Shown here: positions 40,925 through 53,729 of the stretch, piece by piece
Layout: each line of letters opens with the position of its first letter
Position numbering within the stretch: the first letter of the stretch is position 1
Made by a program: the position numbers and the translations under genes
Origin: Flaccisagitta enflata
Lineage: Eukaryota
Assembly: GCA_965153355.1 (NCBI GenBank)
Contig: OZ231126.1
Location: 38,812,001-38,876,000, forward strand
Direction of reading: 5' to 3'
DNA: 64,000 nucleotides
Notes under the pieces: generated by a model
Database searches by the model: none
What the model was told of the DNA's origin: nothing
Seen by the model: only the letters and a program-made list of their open reading frames with translations

Positions 40925-43030
40925 AAATTAGTAGTAAGTGTCTGCTGGGTATCTACTGGACCCATCCCAAATTAGTAGAAGGTGCCTGCTAGATATTCAT
41001 AGTCAGTACAACATTAAGTATTTAGTGTCTGCTGGGTGTCTGCTGGATCCATCCCCAGCAAAGTAGTAGGTGCCTGCTGGGTGTCTGCTGGATCCATCCC
41101 CCAGCTAGTGGTAGGTGTCTGCTGGGTGTCTACTGGTCCAATCCCCACATTAGTAGAAGGTGCCTGATGGACATTCCTAGTAGTCAGTACAACACGGTGT
41201 TAAACTGGTGTCTGCTGGGTGTCACTGGTTGTGCAAAATTAGTGGTAGGTGTCTGCTGGGTGTCTGCTGAGTCCATCCCCAACAAGTAGAAGGGTGCCTG
41301 CTAGACATTCTGGCCTGGTCAGTACAATTAAGTATTTGGTGTCTGCTGGGTGTCTGCTGGATCCATCCCCAGCACAAGAGTAAGGTGTCTGCTGGGTGTC
41401 TGCTGGATCCATCCCCAACACAGTAGTAGGTGTCTGCTGGGTGTCTGCTGGTACAATGCAATGAAGTAGAAGGTGCCTGCTAGACATTATAGAGTCAGTA
41501 CAGCGCTATGTGCCTATGGAGTGTCTGATAGGTGTCTGCTGGATCCATCCCCAACATAGTAGTAGGTGTCTGCTGGGTGTCTGCTGGTCCAATCCCCACA
41601 TTAGTAGAAGGTGCCTGCTAGACATTCATAGTCAGTACAACGTTAAGTATTTGGTGTCTGCTGGGTGTCTGCTGGACCCATCCCCAACTCAGCAGTAAGT
41701 GTCTGCTGGGTGTCTGCTGAGTCCATCCCCAACTTAGTAGAAGGTGCCTGCTAGACATTCATAGTCAGTACAACGTTAAGTATTTGGTGTCTGCTGGGTG
41801 TCTGCTGGATCCATCCCCAACTTAGTAGTAGGTGTCTGCTGGGTGTCTGCTGGATCCATCCCCAACTTAGTAGTAGGTGTCTGCTGGGTGTCTGCTGGTA
41901 CAATCCCCACATTAGTAGAAGGTGCCTGCTAGACATTTATAGTCAGTACAGCGCTAAGTACTAGGTGTCTGATGGGTGTCTGCTGGATCCATCCCCAACA
42001 TAGTAGTAGGTGTCTGCTGGGTGTCTGCTGGTCCAATCCCCACATTAGTAGAAGGTGCCTGATGGACATTCATAGTCAGTACAACGTTAATTATTTGGTG
42101 TCTGCTGGGTGTCTGCTGGACCCATCCCCAAATTAGTAGTAGGTGTCTGCTGGGTGTCTGCTGGACCCATCCCCAAATTAGTAGAAGGTGCCTGCTAGAT
42201 ATTCATAGTCAGTACAACGTTAAGTATTTGGTGTCTGCTGGGTGTCTGCTGGATCCATCCCCAACTTAGTAGTAGGTGTCTGCTGGGTGTCTGCTGGATC
42301 CATCCCCAACTTTGTAGTAGGTGTCTGCTGGGTGTCTGCTGGTCCAATCCCAACATTAGTAGAAGGTGCCTGATGGACATTCATAGTCAGTACAACGTTA
42401 ATTATTTGGTGTCTGCTGGGTGTCTGCTGGACCCATCCCCAAATTAGTAGTAGGTGTCTGCTGGGTGTCTGCTGGACCCATCCCCAAATTAGTAGAAGGT
42501 GCCTGCTAGATATTCATAGTCAGTACAACGTTAAGTATTTGGTGTCTGCTGGGTGTCTGCTGGATCCATCCCCAACTTAGTAGTAGGTGCCTGCTGGGTG
42601 TCTGCTGGATCCATCCCCAACTTAGTAGTAGGTGTCTGCTGGGTGTCTGCTGGTCCAATCCCCACATTAGTAGAAGGTGCCTGCTAGACATTCATAGTCA
42701 GTACAACGTTAAGTTTTTGGTGTCTGATGGGTGTCTGCTGGATCCATCCCCAACTTAGTAGTAGGTGTCTGCTGGGTGTCTGCTGGTCCAATCCCCACAT
42801 TAGTAGAAGGTGCCTGCTAGACATTCATAGTCAGTACAACGTTAAGTATTTGGTGTCTGCTGGGTGTCTGCTGCATCCATCCCCAACTTAGTAGTAGGTG
42901 TCTGCTGGGTGTCTGCTGGATTCATCCCCATGGCTCTTATTTTTGGTGTCTGCTGAGGTGCCTGCTAGATCCATCCCCAAAAGAAGGAAAATTTTAGTGG
43001 AGGTGTCTGATGAGTCCAAGTGTCTGCTAG
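40925..43030. repeat. Satellite of ~43-bp units (GGTGTCTGCTGGGTGTCTGCTGGATCCATCCCCAACTTAGTAGTA) in ~134/177-bp higher-order repeats
   Basis: Units punctuated by GACATTCATAGTCAGTACAACGTTAAG every 3-4 monomers. Confidence 0.95.
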
Positions 43031-44250
43031 ATCACAGGTACCAAGAAAAGACCTGATAAATATGGCGGACCGAAGGAGACCATATCCATCTGGGCACCAT
43101 CTCATACTCCCCATATACCAAAAATAGCAAGCAACTGAAACTCTCTCCTTCCTGAAACAACACTTTTGAAATATCTTATGTCAACCCCAAATTCTCAAAC
43201 TCAAAAACTGTAGTATTCATCTCAATGTTACAGAAAAACAAATCACAAATCACAAATCACCAATGCTACTCTCCGGTGATTTATTGAATTTTGGTTACAA
43301 AAGTAGCAATCATTGCCCTAACTACATTTGGTAGGCAGTATGCTTTTGGGTTAGATTGCGAAGAAATGCTTTTTTAAGATTCTCTATGGAAAACTAGGAG
43401 TGGTGCGCGTATTAACCAGTCAGTGAGGATTCACGAGGCCCTCTTCCATTTATTTCAGTTTGGGTATAGTGAGGGATATTGTTCCACTTGTCATGCACTG
43501 GGCTTTGGAGTTATGGGAACTCGATGATGCCTTCGTCTTTGCTATGTAACGGGTCGGGGCCTTCAGGGGAATGGGAAGTGGACACAATGCTAATTGAAGT
43601 CCAGGCGCTCCTAAGACTCTTTGGAGTATTAGGGAGGAAAGATTTTAGTGCAGCGATAACCCAGTACGTGACTCGTGACAGTGAGCAGGCCTTCAAAAGC
43701 GGTTTGTGGAAACGTTATTGTATTTGAGGCAATAAGAACCACATTTGCTCTCTTGATGGGAAGTTTAAGAACTAATGACACCAACATTGGACGTTGATAA
43801 GTTCGTCCGTTCGTCCGTCAGTTAGTCATTCGTTTGTCAGCCCGCAGGTTGGTTGGTCGGTCCACGAAATTTATACTTTCTAGCCTTTTAAAGCTCATTC
43901 CGTGGTCAATGTGAGGGATTCTACGTCTTCCCGTTTGTCTGCAAGCACTTCTCCGGTTCGGTCATGTCGTTCTTTTAAACCGTTTGACTAGTATGTACAA
44001 CATAGGTTCATGATATACACATGCCTCATTTTTATGAGGGAGGATCGAGAGCACGAAGAAACGACATATAATTGCTTTCTAAGCGTCAAAACACAGACAT
44101 TGTTATTCACGGTAAATTTGCATAAAGAGAAAAAAGAAGGTTAGGTGAAAAAAAATAACTCAAATATGGATAAGGAGATGAAATTGAGGGAGAAGAAGGA
44201 ACGATGTGACAAAGAGATTTAGAAAAAAATATCCCTTTACACTTACATAC

Positions 44251-44333
<83 letters not shown>

Positions 44334-44452
44334 CACAATCAAAAAGCCATGAATACACAAACACACAATTAGTATGCAGAGATTGGTTGGAGCAATCACG
44401 GTTTTTGTGCCCTGATAAAGGTCGTAATAAGAAAGAATGTGCTCCGGAAAAA

Positions 44453-44618
<166 letters not shown>

Positions 44619-45988
44619 GACAGAGAGAGAGAGCGAATGAGCGCGGAGTTTTCCTGAATTCATGTGACTAACGGGTAACCGCGTCTGATTCCAGTCAAAG
44701 ATCAAAGCAAGTCTACAACGCCTCTGAAAATGATGACAACAACAGAAGAGAGCAAAGGGTCTTGCAATGTATACTCTCAGAAGTCAAACGAACTGTTTCC
44801 TGGCTTAGGGAAGCACAGCGTTGCATTGGCAGGAGGTGACACGATGCCTTGAAAAAAATTGGGATGAATGGTGTATGAGATAACGCTGGTTGGGGGATTC
44901 ATGCTGTAATTCGTAAGCGCCCGGGCCTTATCTGAAAAAAAAAAAATACACGGCAGTAACCACTCTGTTAGTGTTTCATGTGAAAGAGCGTATTTCTTTC
45001 TGCCAGGTGAACGCAGACATTTGCTCCGGGTAGTTGACTCCATATAGTATTGACAAAGATGACAAGTTTTTCATATAATGAAAAAGTTAAACAAGCGCCC
45101 AAAAGGATCAACAGATTGACCTAACCGACCGACCGACTGTCGGAAAAATGGTTCACGAATTTGCGACTAAAATGCGACCAAAACATAAACATAATGATTG
45201 AGTATCGATACAGAATACTATATTATGTTGTCGCACTTCACTAACAAAAAGCAATGTTATGACAAAATTGGATTAATGACAAAGGAGAAGGCAATGTTTT
45301 CCCGTACAAACATCCTCAAGCCAAGAAAAATACACTTCGTATATGGTCATATACTGAAGAAAAAAAGAAGCAAGGTATGGGAAAAGAAATGAGCAGCAAC
45401 AAGTAAGGAGAATTGAGTTCAAAACAATCGAAGCATGTTTGAGAGATAGAGATGAAAATGTTGAAAATAAAAAAATTACAAAGAAGGATAGATAGAATGA
45501 AAGGTGGGTAGATAAATGGAAAAAATATGATGATCCAGAAATGAAGAAATTGTGTTCTTGTTGATTTGGAGGAAAGAATTAAGAAGAGCACAATGCAATG
45601 GAGGAAGATAGAGTGTCTTATTTCTTTCTTTTTCTATCCTTTCTTTCAGGATGAATCATTGCTACCAAAATATAATTTCAATCCTTAGTAAATGTATAAG
45701 AAATAATATGAAATGAATGAGCTTTTGAATCACAAACATAAGTAGAGTTTAAAGATAAAACAAAAATCAGAGCAGGTTTACATCAAATAGGAAATTCAAC
45801 TTTCTATATAAAATAGTAGGCACATGTATCAAGAGCGAATAGATGTGTGTTGTATTTTCCCTGTGCTAAAAAACCGACCCATTGTTTGATTTTGATAAGG
45901 ATGCAAGGGCTGATTCCACTTTATGTAGATCGGTATACAAGCGTAACTGATAAGCTGGATTTTTTTTTTCTAAAATGAGATTAGGATG

Positions 45989-46400
45989 AAACAGGTAACG
46001 CGGGGTTAGAATACCGTCGGGGATGGATGGGCAGGGGCGCACAAGCCCCGTCTACCAGACGTCCCCTTCCTCAACCCTCTTCCAAATCCCCCTCCAAACA
46101 CACACACGATATCTAAAAAATGGCTTTTTCACACTTTTCAACTCAAGCCTAATTTACGAACCGACGGACGGATGGACCAACGAATGGACAAAGCCTGTTA
46201 TAGCAACACTAGTACGTGACTATAAAAGTGATTTGGAAGAAAGGCGTTAAGAGAGATTCGAGGTGCGAGACGAATAACAATGGGGCGAAAGGGAATAAAC
46301 AAGTAACGCGGGGTTACACTTTCGTCTTGGACGGGTGGACAGGGGCCCACTATCCCTCCCCCCTCTGTACCCCCTTTCATACCTCCCTTCCACGCCCCCT

Positions 46401-46497
<97 letters not shown>

Positions 46498-46570
46498 CTC
46501 ACGAACGCACGCACAAACACCAGGTATCTTAAATGCGCGATTTCGAACTGGAGCGTGAGGGACGGACCAA
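45989..46570 (+). mobile_element. Two tandem HINE-like elements, family B (AACA(A/G)GTAACGCGGGGTTA)
   Basis: Shared 5' end at 45989 and 46298, GGGCAGGGG motif, GACG/GACC microsatellite. Relatives at about 8073-8270 and 48460-48630. Confidence 0.5.
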
Positions 46571-47480
46571 GGGATGCATTGCCTTTGGTAACTACATTAT
46601 CTTTTGATAATTCACTTATTCTTTGGTAATTTGTTTTGCTTAAATTGGATAATGCCTTTGATAAGTTCTAGAGTTTGGGGTTGACTCAGAGTAACTTGAT
46701 GGATTTGTCTCAATAAGTGGGAAGAATCTTGATTTAAGGTTTTGGGTGTTATGAGCATTTTACAATGGGAAGATCAGATGGCTGTGAGGAGCTTGGGGCG
46801 TTCAGCACACTCATCTGATACTCTTTCTTGTCACTTGCACATCCCACAAATAGCTGACAATTATAGATTTTTCTTGCTGTTGATTTGTATCTGTTGAGCC
46901 GCTTTGTGGTAAGGTTTGAAGTGGATCTTGATTTTTCTAAGGATAGCTGTGAGGGGTCCGGATGAAACACCAGTTAGAGCTCCCAAGGTTCTTGTCCTTA
47001 TTCTAGATTTTTTGTTATGGAGTAATGTTGTCCAACTCCATACAAACTAACGGACGGAAGGAGAAACAGACAAAGCTTCTTTCAGAGGCGCTAGTCCGCG
47101 ACTAAAAAGATATGTGAGGAAGAGGATGAATGAATGTAAGTAAGATTATAAGAGGATGAATGTAAGAAGAGATATGGGACATAGGATGTAGCCTACGCTG
47201 TGTACGGTGCGCCGCATTAAAAACAGGACAGTTTGTATCAATACCATATTATTGCGCAAAGATGGATTATTGAAACCAAATACGGATGAATACGTCGCTC
47301 ATGTGTTTGTAGTTAATGGATCCGCCTTCGGCCTGGATGGCAAGCTCCACAGAGCGTGGCAATGTGGCAAATGAGTTGGCGAGGTAGTCGACGGTGAGGC
47401 GGCACCAAACTGTAAACGTAACTATGGCATAGGACACTTTGTAATGCTGGTTTCTGCTTAACTATTGCCCTGAGACACAA

Positions 47481-47935
47481 AAAATTCATGACCATTTGAA
47501 AGCCCTGCAAAAAATCTTCCAAATGCGACGTTGCTGGTCATTGTAGCTTTATTCGTTTAGAAATGGCATAGGTTTGAGGAAAAAAAATTACTGTTTGAAA
47601 AGAGTGCTCATTTCAAAATTTTCCAACAAGCAATTTAAGTCTTTCTGTTTTTGTCAATGATGAAGCTTAGGATTGTCTTTGATACTCGATATCCATGGGC
47701 AAATTAAAGAGCTTCGAATTTTCTTTAAAATGGCGCCAAGAACAAATATCTCACTTAATGCGTTTGATTTTTATGTTATGATAAAGATGACCCCTTAAAA
47801 TCACATAGCAAATTTACAAATTTTTGACAGCCTGTCTTCATCCTAACGCCATTTCTAAACGGTTAACGTTAGGGCATCCAGAAAAGTCTCATTTAAAAGA
47901 TCTTTCACAGAGCTTCAAAATAGTCATGGATTTTG
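47481..47935. mobile_element. Old imperfect palindromic MITE
   Basis: AAAATTCATGACCATTTGAAAGC.. pairs with ..GCTTCAAAATAGTCATGGATTTT, and CGTTTAGAAATGGC pairs with GCCATTTCTAAACG. Confidence 0.5.
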
Positions 47936-48162
47936 CTATGTTTTTCTCATTGAATGGATGTAAAACACTGACATACAAGTGGTTCGCTTTTTGTTTTTTG
48001 CCATGGTTAGTTTTTTCCCATTCCTTTTTTTATAGCTTCTCTTTAGAGCGTCAGTGCGTCCAAACGAATTGACCGATTTAAACGCGGTTTGCGGCAAACG
48101 CTTTGTCTTTCAAAGAGCTTCAAATTGGTCACTGATAAAGCTATGATTATACAATAGTCGCA

Positions 48163-48429
<267 letters not shown>

Positions 48430-51400
48430 AGAGAGACAGAGAGAGAAACAGAGAAAAACATGTAACACAGGGTATCAATATCGTTGTGGACAGGGGCATC
48501 CAACCCCATCCACACCCAGACCCCCCCACACAAGTATCTAGACCGCTTGTTTTTCCACTTTTCCAATTGGATGGACAGACGGACCAACAGACCGATGGAT
48601 GGACTGACAGACAAAGCCTCTCATAGAGTCCGGAGTTGAAATGAGAGAGAAAATGTGCTGCCAGGATGCATAATTATCACCTAGGACATTTAAAAGTTCA
48701 AACAGACTTCAACTAACTCGATTCCTCGTTTTTTGGGAAAACGCGAAAAATGCGGAAAAATAAAAAAAGATTCAAAAATTCATAGCTCCAAAACTATTGA
48801 TCGCACAGAATTCTGCTTGGCGTCATCTGAAAGAGGAGAATTAGCTCTTTCTTAGCTATTAATTTCATGCGTAGTCCCATTCAGCTCCAGAAAAGCAGCA
48901 ACTTTCTCAAACGCTTCATGAGAAAAAGGGAAAATAACTTTTCTTCGCGGAAATCAAAAAGTCTTCGAATCTTCGAATCTCGACTTTTTTCCAAATTATT
49001 TTGAGCCGAGATATACCATGCGGATCAAAAAAAAAAGACGCACTTTTAAACAGTTAATTCAGCAAATAAATCTTCAAAAAACTATAAAAAATTATAGACC
49101 ATTTTGAAGATCTGCAAAAGTACTTTCATTTGGCGCCAATCTGGTATTGCTATCTTTTTTCGTTTAGAAATGGCATCAGTTTGAGTAAAAACGTTGCCAA
49201 TTTCAGTTTTGCAATCCCTATGAAAAAAATGCATTTTAGCAAAATAGTGCTTCTCTTTGCAGAGCTCTAGCTCCTGAACACAATTCGTAATTAATGGGAA
49301 ATACATTTACAAACAGACCATCGTCCAATTCTTTATCATTCCACCTCAAAATTGTGTGCTGAATGCCGGAAAACCGTCGCGAAAAATTTTTAGCTGTAAT
49401 ATTTTCGTCTGTCGCCCTCTGCACCCAAGGTATCAAAAATGCAAATCAGTTTTGAGCATAAAGGAGTCACTGTGATGATTTATGTCAGTTGAGACCCTTA
49501 CAATCGATATTAATGTATACAATAAATAGATTTTGAACAATTTGGTTGTTTGGTCTGACAATATCCATCCCTACTGGAGGGTATGCTGGAATGGGTCGTC
49601 AACTGCATCTTCTTTACTCTTGAATGTTACTTATCAGATTCTTTTGTTTTTTGCGTGAAAGTGATATAGTTTCATGGATAGGTATCTGTTTTTATGTTGG
49701 ATATGCCTGGATGAGCGCTTCTGATAATCAGTATGCTCCAGCACCTCGTCCACCGCTTCTTACAGGGTAATAAAAGAGATCTTGTCAAGTTAGTGTGCAT
49801 CAGAACCTGCAGCGTTAGTAAGATTATTGCAAACCCCACAATGATTTGCCATGTTAAATTTGAGAGTTTCTAGATCAATCCCACAACGCAAAAGATTCTT
49901 CATGATTGTCCACGTGCCTAAGCATTAAGTCATCAGTCCTGTTGCGGTCAATTGGTTGGTCCCATTTTTGGGCAATAGCGGTAGGACACGGGTGAATTTC
50001 AGGACATCCTTCCACCCCCCCTAAATGCTATTGGGTCCTCAAATCAGCACTCTTAGGCCTGATTTTGGCCCTCATGCCCTCAAATCAGCTTTCCAAACCT
50101 CATATCTGCCCTCAAGACCTCAAATCAGCCCTCCAGGCCGCACATCAGCTTTCAATTACTCAAATCTGCCCTTTAGGCCTCAAGCCTGACGTCTGACCTC
50201 AAATCTGCTCTTCAGGCCAAACCAGTCACACATGGGCAATATGTGGTCAGCAATACCCCTTACCCTACTTTTCATGATTGTGAATTTGAGAGGGAGAAGC
50301 AGGGAAGCGGCCTGTCTGTTCATCCATGAACTGAGGGCTGAGGGGCCATATTTGGATGATTAGAGGCCTGAGAAGGTTTTTTTTTAAAGGAGTAAGAGGG
50401 TTGATTTGAAGCCTGAGTGGGCCCATTTGAGACCCAAGGCCTGATTTGAGGTCTGTTAGGGCTGATTTGAGGCCTGTGAGGGCTGATTTGAGGCCTGTGA
50501 GGCCTGATTTGAGGCCTCAGAGCCCTGATTTAAGGCCTGAGAGGTTTGATTTAAGGCCTGGGAGGCCTGATCTAAGGCCTGAGAGGCCAGATATGGGCCT
50601 GAGAGGCTTGATTTGTGACCTGAGAGGCTTAATTTGAGGCCTGAGAGGCCTGGTTTGGGGCCTGAGGGGTGGGACGAACCAACAAACAAACAAAAGTCCC
50701 CCTGTGTTCTACAGGACTTCATCCCCTACGGGGCTGCTGCCAAAAAACAAGTCTTCAAATCAGCCCTCCAGGCCTCAAGTCAGCTTTCAAAACCTCCAAT
50801 CAGCTTTCAAAACCTCAAATCTGCCCTTTAAACCTCAAGCCTGGCGCCTGATCTCAAATTTGCTCTTCTGGCCAAAAAAAGGGACCGACAAACCAACCAA
50901 CTGATGGACAGTCAGACAGATGGACAGACATAGCAGGTTGTAGAGTCATGTAGCATGTGAGTAAAAAAAACAGGTCGCCCAAGGGCAATATATGGTCAGC
51001 GATACCCGTTGCCCTGCTGTGCATGATTGTGAATTTGAGTGAGGGGAAGCAGGGCAGCGGCCCCGAAGGGGACGAAGTCCTGTAGAACACAGGGGACTTT
51101 CGTTCGTTCGTGTTAAGACTCCTACTGAATGCTCCAATTACATCACATGGAAAATTGACAAAAAAGATTACAGATGGCTGATTTGAGGCGGGGAAGGGGG
51201 TCACCCGCTTACTTACCCGTAAGAACAAATGAACACATGAACGCAAGAATGAATGAATGAACGAACGAACAAACAAATGAACAAACCAATAAACCACATA
51301 CAAATGAATGAACGTACAATCAACAAACAAATGAATGAACTAACAAACCAACACCCTCCTATGATGTAATTTAGGAAACTGTAAAAAAAATCACGATCAA

Positions 51401-51957
51401 TCTGAGATCGTCTGTCGGTCCGTTGGTCGGTCCATCGGCCCGTCCGTCGGTCCGTCCGTCGGTCCGTCCGTCGGTCACACTTTACTTTTTATGGGTTTTT
51501 GGGGTTTTTGGCATCACTGCTCCTGCCTAAATGATCTGGTAACCTCAATTATGGCCCCTGCCCACCCGCACGCGACTGGGGTAGTCGTGTATCCGGCCTT
51601 GTTTTATCTAGATGTGATAAATGAATAGATATTTTGATACATGTTTAAGAAAGCATGTTTTTTTCCTCTGATTTTCAGTGCAATCAATACATAAAATTGC
51701 TCTTGATTTGATCTAATCGAAAAAAAGATTTGCAGTGACTAAAGTTAAAAGCTTGGTGAAAAGAGACCAATGCTTACGACTTTTTTCCTCACGGCGACAG
51801 TCGCCATTACTGGTATTTCATTCTGTTTTTTTTTAAACTGGTTTCCCTGTTACCATTGTTGACATCATCATTGTATTCATTATCTTCATTGTTTTTGACG
51901 ATATCTTTGTCATTATTGTTGTGGTAGTCATTGTTTTTAGTTTTGCTACTATCATTG

Positions 51958-52199
51958 CACCTTGATCTGGGGGCTGAGAAAAACCCGAGATGAATCTCAA
52001 TAGCTTAAATTACATGAAAAGCATACTTCTAGTTGCCCCAGTGGGATGAAATTTTACATGAAGAAAGCCGATGGTTTTGCAGAGCTTCAGTTAAAATTTC
52101 ATCTCACTGGGTTATTTAGAAGTATGCTTTTCATGTAAATTAAACAATTGAAACACACTAGATTCACCCCGGGTTCCACCCCCCCCCCAGATCAAGGTG
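51958..52199. mobile_element. 242-bp palindromic MITE, CAC...GTG ends with CATTG duplication (Transib-like)
   Basis: TIR CACCTTGATCTGGGGG; CATTG at 51953-51957 and 52200-52204. Confidence 0.7.
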
Positions 52200-52696
52200 C
52201 ATTGTCATCATATCTTTCATTATTATTTTTCTCAACTTTGTTACTTTGATATTGTCATCACCGTTACTGTTTCATGTTGTTGATATCAATTTATTTCCCT
52301 TGCTCATCATTGATTTAGTTGTTGCAGACGTCAGTTTCGTCATTGTTATTGTTGTCACTGTCTCATGTTGTTCTTTACTTTACCCACTTTGAAATGTAAG
52401 CACGTTTAACGGTTTTATTTGCAGTATACCAACTAGTCAACCAATTACTCATCAAAAGTCTGATTCAAACGTTTTTACTGAAACCTGCTGAATAGTCGAT
52501 GCTTTTAGAATAATTCCTTAGCGAGAAAAGAAACAAGTAGCAACATAAGTTAGGATTTTAAAAAATCAATCTCTAGGAATGTTTGAAAATACGCGACCAA
52601 TCATGCATTTTTTCCACGAAGTTGGTAAAGTCAATTTCGTTTGATTTATAGTAAGTCTTTAGAGAGAGAGAGTTCGTTTGAATCAAAGTAGGTTTT

Positions 52697-52812
<116 letters not shown>

Positions 52813-52824
52813 GAGAGAGAGAGA

Positions 52825-52892
<68 letters not shown>

Positions 52893-53036
52893 GAAAGAGA
52901 GAAAGAGAGAGAGATAGACTGACTCTATAAGTAGCGTTGTCTGTCTGTTGGTCCATTTCTTCCCCTGCCTCGCCCACACCTGATTGATATTGTTTACAAA
53001 GCTTTTTATTTTTGACTTGGTCCTGTTTTCATCGCA

Positions 53037-53693
53037 ATGATGCAGTTGAAAATCGGCCTCATCCTTGGAGATAGTATTCTTCATGGATATTTTTCCAACG
53101 ATTCCCTCCTCTGCTCCAAAATCAAACAACAGTTTGACCTTGACGTTGTCCAATCAGATTTTCGACCAGGGAAAACAACAGATTTTCTTGTTCACAAGGT
53201 TTTTCCTTGGCAAATGGCAGAATTTGTCAACAGACATGATTGCAACATCTTGGTCGACGTGTTTTTGATTTCTGGAGCAGTTGACCTTTCTGATTCAATT
53301 TCCAAAACTCTGCATTTCAATATCAAAGATTTCATAACGAGACGAAATGCAGAATTGAAAATTGTGATGGATCATCCGTTTGTCCGACGTTTGTTTGTCT
53401 ATCCCCTCACGCCTCGTCGCATTTGTAAAAATGACTTATGCGTCAGGTTTCCAAAATACTCAAATCGCAATTGGATCTTGATGGCAAATCGGTGTGTTCA
53501 TGATGTCAACCTTTCAAATATTAACTTTCACTCAAAGTTGCGTCATGTGCCCCCATTGCCTACAAACCAAATGTTGAAGCATGTTGCAAAAGATGGTATT
53601 CATCTAGGTCCAGATGGAAAAAGTGCATATGCATGGTCGGTGTTGCAGGTCTGTGAGCAAAAGAAATTCTCAAAGGATGAATTCCCTCCTTAG
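53037..53693 (+). CDS. SGNH/GDSL hydrolase-fold protein, in frame with the downstream Helitron ORF
   Basis: Block I LILGDS, block II RPG, block III SGAVD (Asn replaced), block V KDGIHL, with typical spacing over 218 aa. Confidence 0.75.
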   Translation: MMQLKIGLILGDSILHGYFSNDSLLCSKIKQQFDLDVVQSDFRPGKTTDFLVHKVFPWQMAEFVNRHDCNILVDVFLISGAVDLSDSISKTLHFNIKDFITRRNAELKIVMDHPFVRRLFVYPLTPRRICKNDLCVRFPKYSNRNWILMANRCVHDVNLSNINFHSKLRHVPPLPTNQMLKHVAKDGIHLGPDGKSAYAWSVLQVCEQKKFSKDEFPP

Positions 53694-53729
53694 CAACATC
53701 CAAAGAGTGAGGCGTCACCACTCCAATCA

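Noticed and set aside
40925-43030. Repetitive ORFs (QQTPSRHLLL...) and a CRISPR-like appearance
   Set aside because: Tandem satellite with frequent stops and no unique spacers.
50968-51110. Self-cleaving ribozyme in the GC-rich HINE hairpins
   Set aside because: No hammerhead core (CUGANGA...GAAA) or convincing HDV fold by eye; the subterminal IRs explain the structure.
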